Made by a program: the position numbers and the translations under genes
Notes under the pieces: model-generated
Told to the model about the DNA's origin: nothing
Seen by the model: only the letters and a program-made list of their open reading frames with translations
Database searches by the model: none
NCBI GenBank assembly: GCA_963674695.2
Contig: CAXXGI010000003.1
Span: forward strand, 832,001 to 896,000
DNA from: a bacterium
GTDB lineage: Bacteria > UBA10199 > 2-02-FULL-44-16 > JAAZCA01
Reading direction: 5' to 3'
Length of the DNA: 64,000 nt
Part shown: positions 54,038 to 60,937 of the stretch, piece by piece
Layout of the letters: each line of letters begins with the position of its first letter
How positions within the stretch are numbered: the first letter of the stretch is position 1

Positions 54038-55456
54038 CTACCGACGCCGTCTGACCCGGACGCGCTTGGGTTGCGGCCGGGTGATATGGAGCAACGCCTT
54101 GAGCAGCACTGCCACCAGGAGCATCCAGGCGATGCTGGGAATGCCGCCGGGGGCCATACCGCAGAGCTTCTTGCTGTCAGCGCCGTCGTCATCATCATCG
54201 TCGTCATCATCACCGGCATTGCGGCTCTCGTTCAAGCAGGGGTTGGAATCCTGGTCGAACGCCTCGATCGTGAGCACCGGCATCGTGATCGTCTCGCCGC
54301 CCTGCGCACAGCTGACCACCTCGCCGATCACGCCATCATCAAACCCACGCGGCGGATTCTCCAACGGCTCGAAATCGGAGGCACCGGTAAAACTCGAGCC
54401 GATCGCATCGTAGCGCACTACGTACTCCTCGCCCGGCTTGATCCCGTGCAGGAAGTAGCTCCCGTCGCCGGCGCACTCCGGATAGAGGACGCCGGAGACC
54501 ATGGAACGAACATCGACCCTCGTCCAATCCGTTATACTGGAGGCCTTCATCTGCGCGCTCAGACCATAGTAGTCGGTGCCCCCACCCTCATCGGCCACAT
54601 ACCGACGGGCATAGACGTTCACGCCCTTGAGCGGATTGCCGTCGGCATCGACGACGGTCCCGGTGATCGTGCAGAAGTTCTCCTCAAAATCCGCGGTCGG
54701 ATAAATCCAGGAGATCGCCACGATATCGTCCCGATGCGGCGATGCTTGATGCGTGGTGAGCAGTTCCGGATACATCGTGGGGATGTATTGCGCATAGTCG
54801 CACAACTCGCCCAATTCACACAGCCCCGCGACATCATGATTGACCTGCGAGTGATCCAGGTTGAGCAGGTGCCCCAGCTCATGCTGGATTGTCCCCTTGT
54901 ACTCCTCGACCGAGACCGTGCCCTGATCGAGCGGATAGCCGTTGAAGATCGCCACGCCCTTGAGGATGCGCAGGCCGTCGGCGCTGGAGAGCAGCGGCGT
55001 GGACAGCCCCACCACCGTCTCCTTCCCGCCCGGCACCAGGTCATCGGTGATCTCACCGGTCTGGTCGAAGATGACGACCGTGTTCGGATAGCTGTTGTCG
55101 AAGACATAGTCGGCGTAGTTCGCGATGGTGATGTCCTTGTCGATCTCACCGCCGACCTCGGTGGTAATAGCGGTCGTATCCACAAACTGACGATCAGCCT
55201 TCTGCATCGTAACCGTAGTCCATTCCTCCAGCGCTGCAGCGATCCACTCGCGCGCCTTCTGATTATTCACATCATCGGAGAGATCGCCGGTCTCGACATA
55301 CCACACCATCTTCTTGTCATCCCACTGCTGGACCACGCCAGTCTTGTTGATCATATCGACGACAAACGGCCCGCCGGCGATAGCGCGCGTGCAGAAGAGC
55401 ACCGCGATCATCATCGCCACAGACCCGAGAAGCGTTGTCGTCACCAGACGCCGCAC
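54038..55456 (-). CDS. Secreted metzincin (matrixin-like) zinc protease with C-terminal Cys/TM/basic sorting signal
   Basis: Signal peptide; HELGHLLNLDH; Met-turn PTMYP; poly-Asp linker, LCG, TM helix, RVRRRR. Confidence 0.85.
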   Translation of the reverse strand: MRRLVTTTLLGSVAMMIAVLFCTRAIAGGPFVVDMINKTGVVQQWDDKKMVWYVETGDLSDDVNNQKAREWIAAALEEWTTVTMQKADRQFVDTTAITTEVGGEIDKDITIANYADYVFDNSYPNTVVIFDQTGEITDDLVPGGKETVVGLSTPLLSSADGLRILKGVAIFNGYPLDQGTVSVEEYKGTIQHELGHLLNLDHSQVNHDVAGLCELGELCDYAQYIPTMYPELLTTHQASPHRDDIVAISWIYPTADFEENFCTITGTVVDADGNPLKGVNVYARRYVADEGGGTDYYGLSAQMKASSITDWTRVDVRSMVSGVLYPECAGDGSYFLHGIKPGEEYVVRYDAIGSSFTGASDFEPLENPPRGFDDGVIGEVVSCAQGGETITMPVLTIEAFDQDSNPCLNESRNAGDDDDDDDDDGADSKKLCGMAPGGIPSIAWMLLVAVLLKALLHITRPQPKRVRVRRRR

Positions 55457-55457
55457 G

Positions 55458-56087
55458 TCATTCTCCCTTCATCAGATCCTGCACGATCCCCTTGACCGCA
55501 CCATAATCGGCCGGCCCACCACCCTGTACCGACGGCCCACTCATCCCCGACGCCTTGACCGCCTTGAGCAGCCCCGGCGCCGCACGCCGTCCGGTGAAGA
55601 GGTGGCGATTCTTGGAACCGTTGATCACCGTCGCCTTGCCCGTGCCGTCTTTGAGGATCTGAAACTTTCCCTGGTTGAGGCCGATCGGCGCACGCAGGCC
55701 CCGGGCGTTCGTCTTCGAGAGGAAGAGCATGTCCTCTTCACCGACGCGATACTCCGGAGCGCCGATAAAATAGGGGACGTTATTCCGAAAGGATTCCGAT
55801 CGAGTCATGCCGAACTGGAGAAAGCTGAAGGGCCGTCCGACCGGGAGTTCCCCCTTGATCGAATCGGTCACATCGATGGTCACCTTCGTCGCCGGCACGC
55901 GGCCCAGCATGAGCGGCTCGGTCGAAACGATCGTACCGGAGATGACGATCTCGGCCTGATCGACGAGCGCCTGCATATCGACCGGCAGGACCTGATGCGC
56001 ACGCGCCAAACCGCTGACACCCAGGATCAGCAGCGCACAGGCCACAATCGTTTTAAAGAGAAGTTTCTTCACGAAATCATTATACAT
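55458..56087 (-). CDS. Exported hypothetical protein, co-transcribed with the metzincin
   Basis: Signal peptide (ARA cleavage site); ends 1 nt before the protease start; exact start uncertain. Confidence 0.75.
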   Translation of the reverse strand: MYNDFVKKLLFKTIVACALLILGVSGLARAHQVLPVDMQALVDQAEIVISGTIVSTEPLMLGRVPATKVTIDVTDSIKGELPVGRPFSFLQFGMTRSESFRNNVPYFIGAPEYRVGEEDMLFLSKTNARGLRAPIGLNQGKFQILKDGTGKATVINGSKNRHLFTGRRAAPGLLKAVKASGMSGPSVQGGGPADYGAVKGIVQDLMKGE

Positions 56088-56227
56088 GCAAAGAGTATAC
56101 CGAAATCAGGGGGTTATTGACAGGACCGAGACCGGCCTCAGGTCAAATCAAGGGCGCGAATGCGTTCACTCCCGGAGGGAAACGCTAGGCGGAAAACGAA
56201 AAACAGTCAATCAATTTCAAGCGTTAC

Positions 56228-56254
56228 AAAAAAGGCCCCGCTCGCGCGGGGCCT
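56228..56254 (-). terminator. Intrinsic terminator
   Basis: AGGCCCCGC-GCGA-GCGGGGCCT followed by T tract on the minus strand. Confidence 0.8.
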
Positions 56255-56281
56255 GGAAGTGCAGTCACCGGAGAGGGATAC

Positions 56282-56845
56282 TCACTCCTCACCCTCTGCA
56301 TCCTCTTCTTCACCATCCTCTTCCGCCAATGCTTCTGGTTTTTCACCCTTGGTCAGCGTCAATGAATATTCGCCACAGGGCTCGCTCTCGTATCCTTCGC
56401 CCTCGGCAGCCGGTTCAAAGATCTCGCCGGTGCCTTCGATGGTCTGATCACCACCCGTGAAGTCAGCGCTGAAGGCGGAGAAGCTCAGATAATAGATGCG
56501 GCGTTCACCGGACGCATCGGCAAGAAAAGTCGCGGTATCGCCCTCGAGCGTTCCCGAAACCGTCTCCCCATCGTCGAAGGTGACGTTGACCGTATCGGCA
56601 CTGCGAAGGACGAGCATGCCGAAATCGACGCTGGAACCCTCTTCCGCCTCGATCGTCTCACAGGCGTTGGATTCGAGCGTCAAGGTCCCTTTAAAATAGG
56701 CCTCATAATTGACCGTACCCACACCCGGGTTCAGCAAAAACCCATCGCCATCACCATCGGGGGCGGACCCCTGTGAGCTGTCAAATGCAGCACACCCACT
56801 GATGCAGAGAATCGACAGGACAACGACCAGAATACGGCTTCCCAT
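56282..56845 (-). CDS. Acidic orphan lipoprotein
   Basis: Lipobox ISGC; RBS AAGGAGG; beta-rich body; Glu-rich tail. Confidence 0.8.
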   Translation of the reverse strand: MGSRILVVVLSILCISGCAAFDSSQGSAPDGDGDGFLLNPGVGTVNYEAYFKGTLTLESNACETIEAEEGSSVDFGMLVLRSADTVNVTFDDGETVSGTLEGDTATFLADASGERRIYYLSFSAFSADFTGGDQTIEGTGEIFEPAAEGEGYESEPCGEYSLTLTKGEKPEALAEEDGEEEDAEGEE

Positions 56846-56914
56846 AACCCCTCCTTTTGGGCGCTTCATCGCATGAAACACCAGACGAATAGGATACTGT
56901 TCCCTCCATAAAGG

Positions 56915-56941
56915 GTATCGTCAACTCGCCGTAAAAGTTGC
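56915..56941 (-). promoter_or_regulatory. sigma28-like promoter
   Basis: GCAACTTTT-N10-GACGATAC. Confidence 0.5.
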
Positions 56942-57016
56942 GTACATTCGACAATATATTTAGTCAATATATATCAGGTGGTTACGACATTCCTTGATGG
57001 TGAGCAGGGGTGGGAA

Positions 57017-57817
57017 TTATGAAAGGTGGTGAATCAAAAATCGCCCACAGCGCTCACAGACATAGATCTGATGGGGATTGCGCAACAGCTCCGAAGCAAA
57101 CTTCGTGGAAAGCTGCATATTGCACCCACAACAGGACCCGCCCGTCGCCTCGACGAGGGCCTCGCCATAGAGATTGATCAGGCGATCGACGCGCGAGAGC
57201 ATGCTCTGCGGCAGCTCTGCGCGAGCCAGTTCAATCTGACGCGCGAGGTTCTTCGCCCCGGCGCAGCGCTTCGACTCGAGCAGCTGCAGCGTGATGAGCA
57301 TGTCGGCCTCGCACCGGCTGGGCTGCCCGGCGATCATGTCGATGCGCACATCGGCGAGAATATCCGCGATTCCCTTGGCCCCATCGGCCTCGATGAGCTG
57401 CGCCCGAAAGGCCGGGTCGGCCAGCTTTTTCACGAGCCCCGCGAAGAGGCGGTTGAAGAGCCCGGGCTGCTCTGGCTGCCAGAGGACGAGCACGATCAGA
57501 TGGACGGGATTCCCGTCCGGCGCATCGAAATCCAAACCCGCCGGGTGACGCCCAACGGCGATGGCCGGACCGTCACCCACCTCGATGCGAGCATGGGGAA
57601 TGGCCACGCCGTCGCCCAGCGCCGTGGAGAGCAATTCCTCCCGCTCCATGACGCGCGCACCCGCCTCGGATTTATTGGCGACGCGCTTCTGCTGATAGAG
57701 GCAATCCACGAGGTCGTCGATCGCGGCCTTCTTGGAACGGTTGCTCATCTCGGGCAACACCTGTTTGGAGGAGAAAAACTCGGAGAGGGAGACTTCCTTC
57801 TGAAATGCCGACGACAT
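57017..57817 (-). CDS. PTS EIIA(Ntr/Fru-type) domain fused to a C4 zinc ribbon
   Basis: MEREELLSTALGDGVAIPHAR, FDAPDG; CCGC...CERCGRFL. Confidence 0.85.
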   Translation of the reverse strand: MSSAFQKEVSLSEFFSSKQVLPEMSNRSKKAAIDDLVDCLYQQKRVANKSEAGARVMEREELLSTALGDGVAIPHARIEVGDGPAIAVGRHPAGLDFDAPDGNPVHLIVLVLWQPEQPGLFNRLFAGLVKKLADPAFRAQLIEADGAKGIADILADVRIDMIAGQPSRCEADMLITLQLLESKRCAGAKNLARQIELARAELPQSMLSRVDRLINLYGEALVEATGGSCCGCNMQLSTKFASELLRNPHQIYVCERCGRFLIHHLS

Positions 57818-58008
57818 GACATCGCTCCTTTTTGGTGATCGTGACGATCTGTAATGGATATGAGAGCGCGTTCATACGGATGCCCCCCTGCCCCGTCAAG
57901 GGGAGAAGCAGCAAATGCACAAAAAAACCGACTTTTCCGGGGAAAGAACGTGCTATTTCTATCACCGCGAAGAGAACACCCCACCGATCCGATAATTTAA
58001 AATTGCAC

Positions 58009-58035
58009 GCAACTTTTTTCGACAACCCGCGATAA
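58009..58035 (+). promoter_or_regulatory. sigma28-like promoter
   Basis: GCAACTTTT-N10-CGCGATAA; a second TCCGATAA at 57988-57995. Confidence 0.5.
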
Positions 58036-58072
58036 GGGGAGGTTCACGATCACTCTTGAAAGGAGTCTTCAC

Positions 58073-58909
58073 ATGAAGCATCGCATTTCGCTCGTCGTCG
58101 CCATCGTCATCATGGCGGCACATCTCGTCTCTTGCAGCAAGGGCAGCACGGCAACCGAACTCAATACGAGTGTCGACACCACCGGAACCATGGTACCGCG
58201 CGCCGCACTCATCGATGTCCTGTGGAACAAGACCGACGATCCGGATACGAGCGCGCTCTGTCTGGCGGAATCGAGCTTCACCCTCGACGCCAACAACAGC
58301 ACCTCCATCATGAAAAATCCCGGCACGCTCGAGGCAAACTTCGCACAGGCCATCGCGGTATCGACCCTCACCCTCATCTTCAACGATGCCGAAACCGATG
58401 GCCGCGGTGTCGATTGCCCTGATGGCGAGCTGCAATTCTTTGTGACCGCCAGCGAGGAATCGCCGATCGACATTGAATCATCGCCCGAGATCGCCTCGCG
58501 CCATTCACTGGCCAACATGGCCGGCGACTCCCCCACGACCTATCCGGAAACGTGTGCCGTCACCGCACACTTCGAGATTCAGAGTTCGGAGGAGTGCCTC
58601 CCCGAAGAGGTGGAACCCGTCGGCCCACCCGCCGTCGACGAAGAGATCTCCGACGAAACGATCGTCGCCATGGACATGAGCGCTGATGCGGATGAAGAGG
58701 TGACCGAGACGGAGGAAGAGGAAGTCGACGCAGACACAGAGGAAGAGGTATCTGAGGAGACCGCAGAAGAGGATCCCGTCGAAGAAGAGGTGGCTGAAGA
58801 AGAGGTGGTTGAAGAAGAGGAATCGGACGTGCAGGACATGCCGGAAACCAATCCCGGCTGCATCGAAACGATCAAGATCGTCGTCGATGAATTCAACTGT
58901 GTGCAGTGA
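58073..58909 (+). CDS. Acidic orphan lipoprotein with Glu-rich insertion
   Basis: Lipobox LVSC; RBS AAGGAG; several Cys; long E/D-rich segment. Confidence 0.8.
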   Translation: MKHRISLVVAIVIMAAHLVSCSKGSTATELNTSVDTTGTMVPRAALIDVLWNKTDDPDTSALCLAESSFTLDANNSTSIMKNPGTLEANFAQAIAVSTLTLIFNDAETDGRGVDCPDGELQFFVTASEESPIDIESSPEIASRHSLANMAGDSPTTYPETCAVTAHFEIQSSEECLPEEVEPVGPPAVDEEISDETIVAMDMSADADEEVTETEEEEVDADTEEEVSEETAEEDPVEEEVAEEEVVEEEESDVQDMPETNPGCIETIKIVVDEFNCVQ

Positions 58910-58932
58910 CGACGAGAACACATCCAGAAACC

Positions 58933-58960
58933 AAAAGGCCCGGAGCAATCCGGGCCTTTT
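58933..58960. terminator. Bidirectional intrinsic terminator
   Basis: AAAAGGCCCGGA-GCAA-TCCGGGCCTTTT. Confidence 0.8.
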
Positions 58961-58972
58961 CAGTCTGAAGTT

Positions 58973-59070
58973 TGTCATTCCCGCGAAAGCGGGAATCTCG
59001 CTTTTTACGGCACATCGAGATCCCCGCTGGAGCCTGCCCTCGAATGATTGAATCGGGGGCGGGGATGACA
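58973..59070. repeat. Inverted REP doublet with a nested insert
   Basis: TGTCATTCCCGCGAAAGCGGGAATCTC ... GAGATCCCCGC[insert]GCGGGGATGACA. Confidence 0.8.
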
Positions 59071-59119
59071 AAAACACACGTTTGCCATCACCATCAAGGC
59101 CCGGGATCATCCGGGCCTT

Positions 59120-59719
59120 TTATTTATTCGCCGTCCCGCGGGTGACGCGGCGTGCAGCGGGCTTCCAACCCCATGCGCGGAGGGGCCCGGTATCGACATG
59201 CACGAAGCGGCGAGAGCCGTAGTAGCCCACCCCGCCCCCCTGAAGCGTATAGGCAAAATCTCGAATCCGTCTCGGCGAGACGCCATCGATCTCGATGTCA
59301 GCCGCACGTCCCTCCATGTGCAAACTCTTCTTGGCCACGCGCCGCCCGCGCCCACGCATGACGTGATTGCGCAGCGGACTGCGATAGGCGGAGACGAGTT
59401 TGAGTTCACGGGCACCGAAATGGTCCTCAATGGCGTCGAGCATCTCGATGAGCCCCTCGTCGATCGGATGCACCTCGTCGGTCAGACGGCAGCGAAAGAA
59501 ATGGGCGATCTCCTCAAAGACCGCAGGGTCATAGCGCCCATCCTCGGTGCGATAGCGAAACGTCTGGCGCTCCTGCTTGACCGGCCGAAAGAGGGTCACC
59601 ACCCCATCACCGCGCTCGGACGCAACGCTCCCCATCGGCGCAGCCTGTGCTGCTGTCGCCGTCAAAAGCCCCACCCCTGCCAGGAAGACCAGTCGTCGAA
59701 TGATGCGCAGATGAACCAT
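59120..59719 (-). CDS. YcbK/DUF882 (peptidase M15-like) protein
   Basis: SAYRSP..N, SLHMEGRAADI, GGVGYY..FVHVDTG. Confidence 0.9.
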   Translation of the reverse strand: MVHLRIIRRLVFLAGVGLLTATAAQAAPMGSVASERGDGVVTLFRPVKQERQTFRYRTEDGRYDPAVFEEIAHFFRCRLTDEVHPIDEGLIEMLDAIEDHFGARELKLVSAYRSPLRNHVMRGRGRRVAKKSLHMEGRAADIEIDGVSPRRIRDFAYTLQGGGVGYYGSRRFVHVDTGPLRAWGWKPAARRVTRGTANK

Positions 59720-59830
59720 ACGGCCCCAGAATAGGGGTTTAGCACCCAATGTCAAGACATGGCTCGCCTCCACCATCTCCCCGCCAATGAATGATCGGTT
59801 CACCTTTTTTGCGACATTTCTAAACACCAG

Positions 59831-59858
59831 GAAACATCCTCCCCTTTTCTGCCGATAA
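59831..59858 (+). promoter_or_regulatory. sigma28-like promoter
   Basis: GAAAC-N15-GCCGATAA (perfect FliA -10, weak -35). Confidence 0.45.
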
Positions 59859-59918
59859 TAGCAGTGCACGCCAAAAGGACACGGGAGGGTTCCCCATGTT
59901 TCATAATGCGATCACTCT

Positions 59919-60935
59919 ATGACCGATGCGATTTTCCTATCGCGCATCCCCGCATGCGCACGGCTTCTGGACGAGGCCACCCCCGTGGCGGAGTGGCTTG
60001 CGAACCTCAATCGCGAAGCCGATGGCGGCGTCTCCGACGATCGCTTCACGGAAGACAACTTCAACGATGCCCGAAGAAACAACCCGCTCGCAAAGGATTT
60101 GAAACGCTTTCGACACTTCCGCGACTTTCGTGCTTTTCTGGAACAATTCGTGGAAAGCCAGCGCTGCACCCCTGCCTGTCGCAAAGAGCACGAACGCGAT
60201 CGCCCAGAGCTGACCGACCGACCGCCTCCAATCTGTATCGCACCGCCAACACCTGAGCTTCCACAGATACCAAGGCGACCCCGGCCAAAACCAAAACCGG
60301 ATATCTCGATGTTTCACACCAATACGCCTAAGTGGTACGATGAACCATCGCCGGAACGCGCGAAGACTGTGCGCCCGCCCGCGGCAATTATTCCGGACAT
60401 GGAGGAGCTGTTCGTGCAGGCCCATCCCCTGCCCGGATCGGATGCCCTGGATCATTCGACGCTCGCGGGCGCCACGAGTCCGGTGATGAATATCAGCTAT
60501 GACGGACGGGACGTCGTCCTGCGCGCACACGGATGCTATATAAACAATGAAGACAGCGATCGATGTGTAGCACCGTGGTCCTTCTTCTCTCTCGAACTGC
60601 AGAATGAAACTCGCAACAACCGGCAGCGCCGCCGGGCCGACGCCAACGGAGACGCCGTCATCCACGTCCCCGCCGAACCCGGAGATCGCATCAGCGTGCA
60701 CGGCACGGATGCAACCACCGGACGCCCATCGCTCAATCGGATGTTCTTTCGGATCACCCAACAGAAGACCATGGAGATGACGGGTGAAGTCCGCTCGCAT
60801 CTCGACGATCCCAGCCCTCTCGATGAGATGAATGCCCTGATGGGAGAAGCGATCTGCATCGACAGAAATTGCGTGCCCGCCTTCGATCTGTTGGCGCTCT
60901 TCGACTTCATCCGAAAACGGATAAAAGGAGATTAA
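59919..60935 (+). CDS. Hypothetical protein with Pro-rich linker and beta-rich C-terminal domain
   Basis: 338 aa; host-like codon usage; coupled to the next gene. Confidence 0.7.
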   Translation: MTDAIFLSRIPACARLLDEATPVAEWLANLNREADGGVSDDRFTEDNFNDARRNNPLAKDLKRFRHFRDFRAFLEQFVESQRCTPACRKEHERDRPELTDRPPPICIAPPTPELPQIPRRPRPKPKPDISMFHTNTPKWYDEPSPERAKTVRPPAAIIPDMEELFVQAHPLPGSDALDHSTLAGATSPVMNISYDGRDVVLRAHGCYINNEDSDRCVAPWSFFSLELQNETRNNRQRRRADANGDAVIHVPAEPGDRISVHGTDATTGRPSLNRMFFRITQQKTMEMTGEVRSHLDDPSPLDEMNALMGEAICIDRNCVPAFDLLALFDFIRKRIKGD

Positions 60936-60937
60936 GG

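Noticed and set aside
54185-54211. Trinucleotide (TCA/TCG) run as a contingency locus
   Set aside because: In-frame mixed-codon poly-Asp linker typical of C-terminal sorting signals
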